From Opitutia bacterium UBA7441 (GTDB taxonomy: Bacteria > Verrucomicrobiota > Verrucomicrobiia > Opitutales > Coraliomargaritaceae), in the NCBI GenBank assembly GCA_002480015.1, contig DLQD01000152.1:7517-71516 (forward strand): DNA of 64,000 nucleotides, in the 5' to 3' direction. How positions within the stretch are numbered: position 1 is the stretch's first letter; the number at the start of each line of letters is the position of its first letter. Both the position numbers and the translations under genes were made by a program. Positions 44,801 through 54,128 of the stretch are shown here, piece after piece. The notes under the pieces were generated by a model that did not search any database, was not told where the DNA came from, and worked only from the letters and a program-made list of their open reading frames with translations.

Positions 44801-44846
44801 CATCAGTCAAACCAAGCTTTGACAGATAATCCTAATTAGGCAGGAT
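44801..44846. promoter_or_regulatory. Back-to-back divergent promoters with a palindrome
   Basis: TTGACT on the minus strand (about 44805-44810), TTGACA on the plus strand (44819-44824), and palindrome CCTAATTAGG (44831-44840). Confidence 0.5.
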
Positions 44847-44889
44847 GAAAATCTTATTCATTAATTAAATTACGCAACGCCCAATCATC

Positions 44890-46062
44890 ATGATACTCGA
44901 CGCAAACGAACGCACCTTTCCTTCTTTTAGCCTAACTCGTCTGCTCACGACTTGCTTTGGCCGTGGTGATGGTGAGAAAGTCTGCATTCTGATCGATTTG
45001 CCAAAACCAGCCGATATCGAGGATTACAAGTTTCTCGAGGACGAAACCCTTTCCATTCAAAATTACGGTCACGAAGTATTCTTTAAAGGCTTCAAGTCGG
45101 GTGTACTTGAGGAGATGAATTGGACAGGGGGTGAAATTTACGCCTATAAAGAGACAGGCGGCAGCAATCTGGATATTGAAGATGATTGCTACGACCCAGC
45201 TGGTAATCACCTGAGTTTGGATAAAGACATTTATTCCAAATATGACATCATCCTTACGGTATCGACATTTTCAGCCACCGCACCATTGACCGCGAAATGT
45301 AAGGAATTCGGCTTCCGCGGCGCCACTCTCCATGGGCTGAATCAAATCATTCTCGATACCGGTCTCTCGGTGGACTATGATCTTGTCAGTGAGGAGGCAG
45401 AAAAACTGCGTCTCGGCCTGACCCATGCCGACCGCTTTGAAATCGATTTCGAGGTCGAGAAGAAGGTCTATACACTCGTCCTCCATACGAACGGGCAAGA
45501 GGCGCAAAAGAGCCATGGCCTATGCCCTCCCGGCAAGCCGGATGTGGCTAACCTGCCCGCGGGTGAGGTTTATTTCGTGCCGGAAAGTGCTGAGGGTGTG
45601 TTCCCATTTAAATACGATGAAAGTACCATCGGCTTACTTCACGTAAAGGATGGTAAAATTTATAAGTCACAATTCGTCTATGGCGACTACGCGGAGATCG
45701 AAGACCACAATCGCCGCTTGAAAGAAGATCCCATGATTGGTGCGATCGGCGAGCTTGGCTTCGGTACACAGGTGCTCCCCTTCTCCGGTCGTGATATTCA
45801 GGACGAGAAAATCCTGGGCACTATTCACGTGGCCACTGGTCGCGACGACCACTTGGGGGGCAAGATTACACCTGACCTCTTCAAGGAGCATAAAAATGCT
45901 TCGCACGACGATGTGCTCTACGCGCCGCACAAGACGCCTGAGATTCGTCTGCAGCAAGCGCGCATGTATCGGGGCGCTCAGACAGAGGTGCTCATCGAGC
46001 ACTACAAGCCCTCCTCATACATGGTGGGTTTACTTGAAGCGGAATTGCCGGTCGAGGCCTGA
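44890..46062 (+). CDS. M29/aminopeptidase T-fold metalloprotein
   Basis: NLPAGE, IGELGFG, DEKILGTIH, HDD metal-ligand pattern. Confidence 0.75.
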   Translation: MILDANERTFPSFSLTRLLTTCFGRGDGEKVCILIDLPKPADIEDYKFLEDETLSIQNYGHEVFFKGFKSGVLEEMNWTGGEIYAYKETGGSNLDIEDDCYDPAGNHLSLDKDIYSKYDIILTVSTFSATAPLTAKCKEFGFRGATLHGLNQIILDTGLSVDYDLVSEEAEKLRLGLTHADRFEIDFEVEKKVYTLVLHTNGQEAQKSHGLCPPGKPDVANLPAGEVYFVPESAEGVFPFKYDESTIGLLHVKDGKIYKSQFVYGDYAEIEDHNRRLKEDPMIGAIGELGFGTQVLPFSGRDIQDEKILGTIHVATGRDDHLGGKITPDLFKEHKNASHDDVLYAPHKTPEIRLQQARMYRGAQTEVLIEHYKPSSYMVGLLEAELPVEA

Positions 46063-46076
46063 TCTGGTGGATCGCT

Positions 46077-46826
46077 ATGGATGAAAACAACCCCTATGAA
46101 ACCGATGAGCTTCTCCAGCAGTATTTAATCTTTCATTATGCCACTGCAGAGGAGCAATTTCCATATGGCTTTGGGGGCACGGATGCGCTGGACTTTCCCA
46201 AGCGCTGTGCATTGGAGGGAGCCGATCTAGCTAAGCTTCCTCATGGCGCGCGTGCTTTAGATCTCGGCTGTTCGGTCGGGCGCTCGTCATTCGAGCTCGC
46301 ACGGTATTGCGGCGAGGTGATCGGCATCGATTATTCACAGGCCTTTATTGATGCGGCTCATCGCCTCGCGGTTGGTGGTCGGCACCCCGCAACACGCCTC
46401 GACGAAGGTTCGGCCACAACGCAGTTGTCGATCGAGATCGATCCGGAGATTGAACGGAGTCGAGTCAGTTTCGAGCAGGGCGATGCCCAGCAGATACGCG
46501 GGGATATCGGTCACTTTGACCTCGTGATCGCCTGCAACCTCATTTGCCGCCTGCCGGAACCCGCACGTTTACTGCGTCGCCTGCCGGAATTGCTTAAACC
46601 CGGCGGGCAACTTTTTATCACGACGCCCTTTTCATGGCTGGAAGCCTATACGCCCCCAGCCAACTGGCTGGGGGAGGGTGCGGAGGATTCCTTTGCTGGA
46701 CTGCGTAAAGCGCTGGAACCGGATTTTGCCCTGGAGGCACAGTGGGACATGCCCTTTCTCATCCGCGAGCACGCACGCAAATTCCAATATAGTATCGCAC
46801 AGGCCAGTCGCTGGCAGCGGATATGA
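46077..46826 (+). CDS. SAM-dependent methyltransferase resembling the OvoA C-terminal (mercaptohistidine N-methyltransferase) domain
   Basis: NPYETD..QY..FHY, LDLGCSVGRSSFELAR, NLICRL, PFSWLEAYT, PFLIREHARKFQY. Confidence 0.8.
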   Translation: MDENNPYETDELLQQYLIFHYATAEEQFPYGFGGTDALDFPKRCALEGADLAKLPHGARALDLGCSVGRSSFELARYCGEVIGIDYSQAFIDAAHRLAVGGRHPATRLDEGSATTQLSIEIDPEIERSRVSFEQGDAQQIRGDIGHFDLVIACNLICRLPEPARLLRRLPELLKPGGQLFITTPFSWLEAYTPPANWLGEGAEDSFAGLRKALEPDFALEAQWDMPFLIREHARKFQYSIAQASRWQRI

Positions 46827-46873
46827 TCGCAAATTACCGCTTGCGCCTGAAGGAACGGCGTTGCAGCCTGCAT

Positions 46874-47270
<397 letters not shown>

Positions 47271-47289
47271 TTTTCCTGTTTTTTACGCC

Positions 47290-47318
47290 TTGACAGCCCA
47301 AGCGCGAGCACGCACTTT
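47290..47318 (+). promoter_or_regulatory. Putative rpsT promoter
   Basis: TTGACA-N17-CACTTT. Confidence 0.5.
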
Positions 47319-47343
47319 CCCGCCTCTTAACTTTTTTACAGCC

Positions 47344-47601
47344 ATGGCTAATACTAAATCAGCAAACAAATACATTCGTAAGACAGAGACCCGTACTCTG
47401 CGCAATCGTCAGGTCAAGAGCCGCCTCAAAACCTTCGCTAAGAAGATTGATGCCGCTAAAGCCGCCGGCGACAAAGACGCGTTGGCCTCTGCGTCCCGCA
47501 ACTTCATCTCTGCCCTTGATAAGGCAGCGAAGAATGGCCTCGTTCACCCGAACAAGGTGGCGCGTCACAAGGCGCGTTGTGCCCAACGTCTGGCTGCGTA
47601 A
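47344..47601 (+). CDS. rpsT: 30S ribosomal protein S20
   Basis: MANTKSANK, KSRLKT, LDKAAK, HPNKVAR. Confidence 0.97.
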   Translation: MANTKSANKYIRKTETRTLRNRQVKSRLKTFAKKIDAAKAAGDKDALASASRNFISALDKAAKNGLVHPNKVARHKARCAQRLAA

Positions 47602-47625
47602 GTTTTTCTGAACCTACCCCAACAG

Positions 47626-47665
47626 TGCCCTCGGTTTCGCTTGTCGAACCGGGGGTATTTTGTTT
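47626..47665 (+). terminator. Probable rpsT terminator
   Basis: TGCCCTCGGTTTCG..CGAACCGGGGGTA followed by TTTTGTTT. Confidence 0.55.
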
Positions 47666-47676
47666 CCAATCCGCTC

Positions 47677-48516
47677 GTGCCTGAGAAATCGAACAAAAAA
47701 AATGCGGTCGGCTTTCCGCCGCCTTTGCTCGGCGATGCGCCTATGCGCCTTCCCGTGCTTGCCGAAACGGCCGATTGGCTCGCGCTGGAAAAGCCGGCGG
47801 GCGTCGGTCTGCGCGCCTACCCCTGGGATAGCGAGCTCGACCTGGATGCCGCGCTCAACATGCAGCTGCAGGCGGGCAAGCCCGAGTTGGTGCGGCGCGG
47901 GGCCACGCTCTTCGGCTCGATCTACTACCTCGACCCCGCGATCTCCGGGGTGGCAGTCTTCGCTAAGAACCGCGACGCTCTGGCCGATCTGCGCAATCGG
48001 TTCGGTTCGGGCGAGTGCACTTTTCGTTTTCAGTTCGTCGCTGCCGGACAACCTGCTGGCGGCGCGTCGGAGCTGCGCTCCGACGCGCCGCTCTTGCCCC
48101 ACAACGTCAAGCCGAAGATGATCCCCTCGACGGCCAAGGGCAAAAAGGCCTTCACGGAGTTCCGCCGCATTGCCGAGTCGCCTAAAGGATGGGCGCTCTG
48201 GGAGGCAAAAGTGTACTTTTTCCGTCCGCACCAGGTCCGGGCACACGCCGCGGTCTTGGAGATCCCCGTGCTGGGCGACACCCTCTACGGCGGCGCTGAA
48301 GTGCCGACCCAGCGCGAATTACACCCCAAAAAACAGCGCTCTGGGCTCAATTTCCCGGCTTTTCATGGCCTCGCCTTGCATCTGGCCGAGGTGGCACTTA
48401 TTTCTGGCGATCCTAAGGCGACGATTGTCTGCGAGCCGCCCAAGCATTTGCGACTCTTGCTTCGGCGTATGGGGCTGGCGAACATCGAACATTCAACCTT
48501 GAACGGCGAATCATGA
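47677..48516 (+). CDS. RluA-family pseudouridine synthase-like protein with degenerate motifs (start uncertain)
   Basis: [15 protein letters not shown] (for HRLD..TSG), [21 protein letters not shown]. Confidence 0.8.
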   Translation: MPEKSNKKNAVGFPPPLLGDAPMRLPVLAETADWLALEKPAGVGLRAYPWDSELDLDAALNMQLQAGKPELVRRGATLFGSIYYLDPAISGVAVFAKNRDALADLRNRFGSGECTFRFQFVAAGQPAGGASELRSDAPLLPHNVKPKMIPSTAKGKKAFTEFRRIAESPKGWALWEAKVYFFRPHQVRAHAAVLEIPVLGDTLYGGAEVPTQRELHPKKQRSGLNFPAFHGLALHLAEVALISGDPKATIVCEPPKHLRLLLRRMGLANIEHSTLNGES

Positions 48517-48583
48517 ATTGCCCGCGCCTTAGCTCCTTTTATCCTTTCAATGTTGTAGGTTGAGCGTTCGATGTTCGACGTTC
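48479..48583. repeat. Inverted heptamer-repeat element overlapping the 3' end of the RluA-like gene
   Basis: cgaacatcgaacattcaaccttgaac ... ttcaatgttgtaggttgagcgttcgatgttcg. Confidence 0.8.
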
Positions 48584-48801
48584 CTCGGGGTGCAATTTTA
48601 AGTGCGGGGTCAGGCGGCGGCCACCTAAAGGAAGCCGCATACGTATGTCCGCTCTGTTAGGTGCGGGACAAGTTCCGGCAGCTGCTGCAGTTTGTCTCCC
48701 CCTGTGGATTTAATTGTACCGTTCCTCGCCCTCTGCGAATAGGAACTTGCTATTTAGGGGTGACTCCCTTTCCATCTGCGTTTTTTCATCTATCAAACGC
48801 T

Positions 48802-49128
48802 ATGGCTAATTCTGAACTTTTCTCTCTTTTCACACTCGCGCAAGCTGCTCCCGGCGGTGGCGGTCTCGGTCAGTTTCTGCCCATCATCCTGCTCTTTGTG
48901 GGTATGTGGTTCCTGATTATCGCGCCGCAACGTAAACGCCAAAAAGCACACGATCAAATGCTCAGTGAGCTTAAAAGCGGCGACGAGATCATCACCAGCG
49001 GTGGTGTCTACGGTACGATCACCAATGTGAAGGACGATCGCTTCATTGTCCGCATTGCCGATAATACTAAAATCGAGCTGGGCAAAGGTTTTGTCGCTAG
49101 CAAGGTTGCGGCCAAAGAGGCCGAGTAG
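48802..49128 (+). CDS. yajC: Preprotein translocase subunit YajC
   Basis: PQRKRQKAH, LKSGDEIITSGGVYGTI; upstream of secDF. Confidence 0.95.
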   Translation: MANSELFSLFTLAQAAPGGGGLGQFLPIILLFVGMWFLIIAPQRKRQKAHDQMLSELKSGDEIITSGGVYGTITNVKDDRFIVRIADNTKIELGKGFVASKVAAKEAE

Positions 49129-49172
49129 TTTATCCTCCTCCCCCCTTCAAGCAAGCTATCAGCTTTTTACTC

Positions 49173-51716
49173 ATGTCCGGAAACATTCTTTGGAAATTCC
49201 TCCTCACCGCCGCCATTATTTTTTGGTGTGTGATGAGTATCACTCCCTTACAAGATCGCCCCTTTGAGGAATACATCCTCGGGCAAGTCACGGCCAACGA
49301 GGCCGACTTTGCGGATCTCCTCCAGCGAGCCGAAGCCCGGGTCGAAGCAGCAGAATCGCCGACACTCTTTATTGCTCTACGAGATTTAGGTGTCGAAGAG
49401 GCGATCGATTTTGCTCAATTTTTCCCGCAGATTAATGTCGCCGACATCGCGAATCAAAATAAGCGCAACGACATCCTGCTCAAGCACATCCTGAAAACTG
49501 CGCAGAGCCAGCTCCGCCTCGGCCTCGACCTGAAGGGAGGGGTCGGTGTGACTCTGAAGATTGATCAGTCCGAGCAAGATCAACTCAATCAATTCGAGCA
49601 GGCTGAGCAGTTGAAGGACGCGATCGAAATTATGGCCGAGCGTCTCGACGGTATGGGCGTGGCCGAGCCAGTCATCCGCGCTCGCGGCGAGGATGCGATT
49701 GAGATCCAGCTCGCAGGTCTGTCGACTAAGGATAATCCCGAGGTGATTGACGCAGTCAAGAAGCCGGCGCGTCTGGAATTCCGCCGCGTGCATCCGGATC
49801 TAGAGCCCGATACTACACCGAAGAATCGCTATCCAATAGGCTACGAGGTTTTGGCGGAAGAGATTGAGGACCACCGCTCGGGCGAAGTGTATGAGCGCCG
49901 CCAATTCGTAAAGCTGATTCCCGAAGCGACAGGTGAGATCGTGGACGATGCGTTCGCCTCGCAAACACAAGCCGGTGGTTACCAAATCAACTTGGTCATG
50001 ACCAGCGAAGGAGCTGATACTTTCCGCCAAGTCACTGAGCGGATGGTTGGTGAGCCACTTGCCATCGTGCTCGACGGCAAGCTTTATTCCGCGCCGACGA
50101 TTCAAGGGGTACTTTCGAGGAACGCCCAGATCACCGGCAGCTTCTCGCAACGCGAAGCCATCGAGTTGGCCAATGTCCTGAACAATCCCCTCGCCGTCGA
50201 GCTTCGCGTCGATGAAATGTATGAAGTCGGTCCTACCATGGCTGCCGACGCACGCGAAAGCTCGGTCAGCGCCGCGAAGTGGGGGGCCATCCTAGTGGTC
50301 GCCTTCATGCTAGTTTACTATTTCCTTGGCGGCTTGGTCGCAGTGGTTTCGGCGATTATCAATGTCATCATTGTGCTCGGTGTATTGGCTAGCCTCGGGG
50401 CCACCCTGACACTGCCCGGCGTGGCTGCGCTCGTCCTCACGCTGGGTATGGGAGTGGATGCCAATATTCTGATCTTCGAGCGCTTGCGTGAAGAACTACG
50501 CGCGGGTAAGAGTATCAAAAATGCCACCTCCGGTGCTTTCGATAAGGTGACTTCGACCATCGTCGATGCGAATGTCACGACTTTGATTACGGCTTCGATT
50601 CTGGTCTGGCTCGGCACGGGACCCGTTAAGGGTTTCGGGGTGACGTTGGCGATCGGTATCTGCGCTTCGATCTTTTGCGCACTGGTGGTCACCCGTTTCA
50701 TGGTCGACTTCCTTGTCCACCGTGTCGGCGTTTCCAAGGTTCTCGGTCTCGATCTCTTGCCCGAGAAGAAACTCGATTTCTTCCAATTCCGTAAGCCCGC
50801 ATTTATCGCGTCATGGCTCCTCGTGTTGGCTGGTGTCATTAGCGTGGTCATTCACCACGATAATATCTTAGGTAAAGACTTCACCGGTGGTGACGAAATG
50901 ACGGTCAACTACTCCGAGCGTGTCGATACCAGCGACATCATGAAGGTCGTGGACGAGCAAGAACTTGGCGATGTCACAGTGCTCTACCAGAGCCTCATCG
51001 GTGAGGACCGTGAGGTGCTCAAAGTTCAGACGCCCTTCGATCAAGCTCGATCCACTCTCGTAATTTTACAGAGCGCCTTCCCTAGTGCCGAGCTTGAAGA
51101 GGCCGGCATCAACCAGATTGGCGCTTCGGTTTCGCAGAATATTCAGTGGAACGCGCTGCTCTCTGTGCTCTGCGCTCTGGGTGGCATCATGCTCTACGTG
51201 GCTCTACGCTTCGAAGTTGGCTATGGTGTTGGAGCGGTCGTTGCGACGATCCACGACGTGCTCATGACGATCGGGGTATTTGTCATTTGTGGGGAACTCG
51301 ATCTTTTCGTCAGCGGACAATTCACGGCACCGATGCTGGCGGCCATCCTTATGATCGTCGGTTACTCGATCAATGATACCATCGTTGTCTTCGACCGTAT
51401 CCGTGAGGAGCTCGACCTAAACCCAGGCACTGATCTGCGCACGATCATAAACCTTGCGATCAGCCGTGTTTTCTCGCGCTCCTTGCTCACTTCGATCACC
51501 ACATTGCTGGCGGCCGTTTCGCTTTATGTCTTCGGTGCGGGTGTGATCAACGACTTCGCATTTGTCTTTATCATCGGTATCCTCGTTGGCACCTTCTCCT
51601 CGATCTTTATCGCCAGCCCCGTCTTCTTCTGGTGGCACAAAGGCGACCGTCGACACGTGGAAGAGCGCCAGCTCATGCCCAAGCGCTACGAGTGGGAGAG
51701 CCAGAAAGAAGCGTAA
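49173..51716 (+). CDS. secDF: Fused protein translocase SecDF
   Basis: LGLDLKGG, VDANILIFER, GKDFTGG, HD, GYSINDTIVVFDRIRE. Confidence 0.97.
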   Translation: MSGNILWKFLLTAAIIFWCVMSITPLQDRPFEEYILGQVTANEADFADLLQRAEARVEAAESPTLFIALRDLGVEEAIDFAQFFPQINVADIANQNKRNDILLKHILKTAQSQLRLGLDLKGGVGVTLKIDQSEQDQLNQFEQAEQLKDAIEIMAERLDGMGVAEPVIRARGEDAIEIQLAGLSTKDNPEVIDAVKKPARLEFRRVHPDLEPDTTPKNRYPIGYEVLAEEIEDHRSGEVYERRQFVKLIPEATGEIVDDAFASQTQAGGYQINLVMTSEGADTFRQVTERMVGEPLAIVLDGKLYSAPTIQGVLSRNAQITGSFSQREAIELANVLNNPLAVELRVDEMYEVGPTMAADARESSVSAAKWGAILVVAFMLVYYFLGGLVAVVSAIINVIIVLGVLASLGATLTLPGVAALVLTLGMGVDANILIFERLREELRAGKSIKNATSGAFDKVTSTIVDANVTTLITASILVWLGTGPVKGFGVTLAIGICASIFCALVVTRFMVDFLVHRVGVSKVLGLDLLPEKKLDFFQFRKPAFIASWLLVLAGVISVVIHHDNILGKDFTGGDEMTVNYSERVDTSDIMKVVDEQELGDVTVLYQSLIGEDREVLKVQTPFDQARSTLVILQSAFPSAELEEAGINQIGASVSQNIQWNALLSVLCALGGIMLYVALRFEVGYGVGAVVATIHDVLMTIGVFVICGELDLFVSGQFTAPMLAAILMIVGYSINDTIVVFDRIREELDLNPGTDLRTIINLAISRVFSRSLLTSITTLLAAVSLYVFGAGVINDFAFVFIIGILVGTFSSIFIASPVFFWWHKGDRRHVEERQLMPKRYEWESQKEA

Positions 51717-51738
51717 TTAAATCACCCTTTTCTCATTT

Positions 51739-51800
51739 GCAGGAGAGGCTTTTATGCCCCGACCCTCTGTTCTGGGGGTGGGGTATGGAACCTCTCCTAC
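51739..51800. repeat. REP doublet (REPIN-like) inverted repeat
   Basis: GCAGGAGAGGCTTTTATGCCCC ... GGGGTATGGAACCTCTCCTAC (reverse complement begins GTAGGAGAGG). Confidence 0.7.
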
Positions 51801-51825
51801 TTGTTTAGCCTTTTCTAAAAAACGG

Positions 51826-53544
51826 ATGCTCTGGACTGCCATCAACATAGATGAAACGAAGGCCTCGGCATTGGCCGAACGTCTGGGTATATCGAAAGTG
51901 GTCTCACAATTACTAGTGCAACGTGGGATCACCACGGCGGAGAAGGCCGAAGAATTCCTCCGTCCGCGCTTGGCACAACTCGATAATCCTTTTGCGATGA
52001 CCAACCTCGAGGCCGCGGTCGAGCGGATCGAACAGGCGATTGAGGCCAAGGAGTCGGTTGTTGTTTTTGGCGATTACGATGTTGATGGAGTCACCAGCAC
52101 CGTGCAGCTCGTCAGTATGCTGCGTACATTCGGTCTAGAGCCACGTTACTGCGTGCCACGGCGTATGGACGAAGGCTATGGCCTCAGCCGCGAAGCGATT
52201 AATCGCGTCTTCAACGGCGAGATTCCTTCGCTCTTTATCGCACTGGACTGCGGAACCAATGCGCACGAGCCGATCGCCTATCTGCGCGAAATGGGGGTCG
52301 ATGTCATCATCGTCGACCACCACCAGACGAAGACGCAGGCACCTGTCGACTGTATCTTTGTCAACCCACACGTGAATGACCCCGAAGGAGCCCCCTGGCG
52401 TGACCTCTGCACCGCGGGCCTCGTTTTTAAGTTGCTCCATGGATTGCTCAAGCACCGCCGCGAGGCCGAAGATCCTCGGGCGGAGGGCATCCAACTGAAG
52501 GATTACCTCGATCTGGTCGCTATGGGTACCATTGCCGACCTTGTGCCCTTGCATGAGGAGAATCGCATTCTTTCCTGGTTCGGACTTCGGCACCTGCGTG
52601 CCAATGGCCGTGAGGGTATCCGTGCACTTGCCGAAGTAGCGGGCATCGACAGCGGCCAAGAGATGGCGAGTGTCGATATTTCTTTCAAAATCGCGCCACG
52701 CATCAACGCCAGCGGCCGCCTAGCCGACGCTTCGCTCCCGATTAATCTTCTCTTGCAAGACGACTATGCTGTCTGCCGTACGATTGCACAAGAGCTCGAC
52801 GAGATGAACAAAGAGCGGCAAAGTATCGAGCGGGGCATAGCCAAAGAGGCTGAAGAGCGCGCGGCTGCTGAGTTTGCCGATGCGCCCGGTATTGTGCTCT
52901 TTGGCGAGAATTGGCACCCAGGGGTCGTCGGAATCGTGGCCAGCCGCGTGAGCCGTCATTTTCATAAGCCCTGCGTGATACTTGGGGCTGAGGGGGACGA
53001 TGCCAAGGGCTCTGGTCGCAGTGTAGCCTCGGTTAACCTAGTCGAAGTCTTCCAGCGTTGCGCCCATCTGCTCGGCCACTGGGGCGGGCATCCAATGGCG
53101 GCAGGTGTTTCGCTTAAGACCGTCGATGTGGCCGCCTTTACCGAATGTTATATCGAAAGCCTGCAAACCCTCTACCCCGATGGCCTGCCTGAGCCTTCGC
53201 TCGAAATTTCGGCTTGGATGGAGCATGACGAATTAGGCGAATCGCTGCTTGAAGAGCTCGACCGCATGCACCCCTTCGGTCAGGGTAACGCTGAGCCGGT
53301 CTTCGGCCTGCGGGCTGTGGTGCTCGAAGAGTTGGCCGATGTCTTTGGAGAAGGAAACTTTCGCTTCCGTTTGCCGGCCCGCGCTAGCTCGAAGCGGGGC
53401 ATCGCCGGGATCGCCTGGCGGCTCGGCCAGCCCCCCGAGCCGGGGCAAGCTGTCGATATGGCGATTCGATTCGCTTGGAACTACTGGCGCGACAGCCGTT
53501 ATCCTCAGGTAACTTTAGTCGACTGGAGGCCGTCTCAAGCTTAA
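51826..53544 (+). CDS. recJ: ssDNA-specific exonuclease RecJ
   Basis: GDYDVDG, EGYG, LDCG, DHH, PRINASGR, GSGRS, GGH. Confidence 0.96.
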   Translation: MLWTAINIDETKASALAERLGISKVVSQLLVQRGITTAEKAEEFLRPRLAQLDNPFAMTNLEAAVERIEQAIEAKESVVVFGDYDVDGVTSTVQLVSMLRTFGLEPRYCVPRRMDEGYGLSREAINRVFNGEIPSLFIALDCGTNAHEPIAYLREMGVDVIIVDHHQTKTQAPVDCIFVNPHVNDPEGAPWRDLCTAGLVFKLLHGLLKHRREAEDPRAEGIQLKDYLDLVAMGTIADLVPLHEENRILSWFGLRHLRANGREGIRALAEVAGIDSGQEMASVDISFKIAPRINASGRLADASLPINLLLQDDYAVCRTIAQELDEMNKERQSIERGIAKEAEERAAAEFADAPGIVLFGENWHPGVVGIVASRVSRHFHKPCVILGAEGDDAKGSGRSVASVNLVEVFQRCAHLLGHWGGHPMAAGVSLKTVDVAAFTECYIESLQTLYPDGLPEPSLEISAWMEHDELGESLLEELDRMHPFGQGNAEPVFGLRAVVLEELADVFGEGNFRFRLPARASSKRGIAGIAWRLGQPPEPGQAVDMAIRFAWNYWRDSRYPQVTLVDWRPSQA

Positions 53545-53584
53545 CGCTTTGACCTTGTCGCCACCGTTTCCAAATGCGAAATTA

Positions 53585-54115
53585 ATGGCTATGGAAAACA
53601 TCCGCCAACTCCTCGCCAAACTTTCTCCCGAAGCCTATGATCTGGCCATCAATGCCCAGCGGGTTCTTTCCGGTGAATCTCTCAACGCGGAACAAACCTG
53701 GGGCTCTGCTCTGTCTTCTGCCTATTTCATTCGCCATCCTCAACTGAGGGATGCGGTTTTCGCCGATGCGCAGTCGGCTGGCTTAAGCTCCGATGCGATC
53801 AAAGACGCGCAAGGTGCCGCCGCTCTGATGGGCATGAATACTGTCTACTTTCGTTTTCGCCATTTGATGAAGGCGGATACCTATAGCAAGATGCCTTTCA
53901 ACCTCAGCATGAAACGCATGCAGCACATTGCCACGACGAAGGAAAACTTCGAGCTTTTTTCGATCGGCCCAGCCGCGCTGGCTGGTTGCGAACTCTGCCT
54001 CCAAGCCCACGAAGCGGCTCTCAAAAAGGGTGGCATGAGTGAGACCAATGTGCACGATGCAGTTCGTATTGCCTCTGTTCTCCAGGGCATTGCCGTGGCG
54101 CTTGACATAATCTAG
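53585..54115 (+). CDS. ahpD: AhpD-type alkylhydroperoxidase/carboxymuconolactone decarboxylase family protein
   Basis: AAALMGMN..YFRF, GCELCLQAHE (CxxC..H), AVRIASV. Confidence 0.85.
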   Translation: MAMENIRQLLAKLSPEAYDLAINAQRVLSGESLNAEQTWGSALSSAYFIRHPQLRDAVFADAQSAGLSSDAIKDAQGAAALMGMNTVYFRFRHLMKADTYSKMPFNLSMKRMQHIATTKENFELFSIGPAALAGCELCLQAHEAALKKGGMSETNVHDAVRIASVLQGIAVALDII

Positions 54116-54128
54116 TCATCTCTAACGT

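Noticed and set aside
48661-48801. Long N-terminal extensions in the ORF track (yajC, pgk, sodA, tadA, recJ, mrdA)
   Set aside because: Artefacts of longest-ORF calling; family-typical starts lie downstream.
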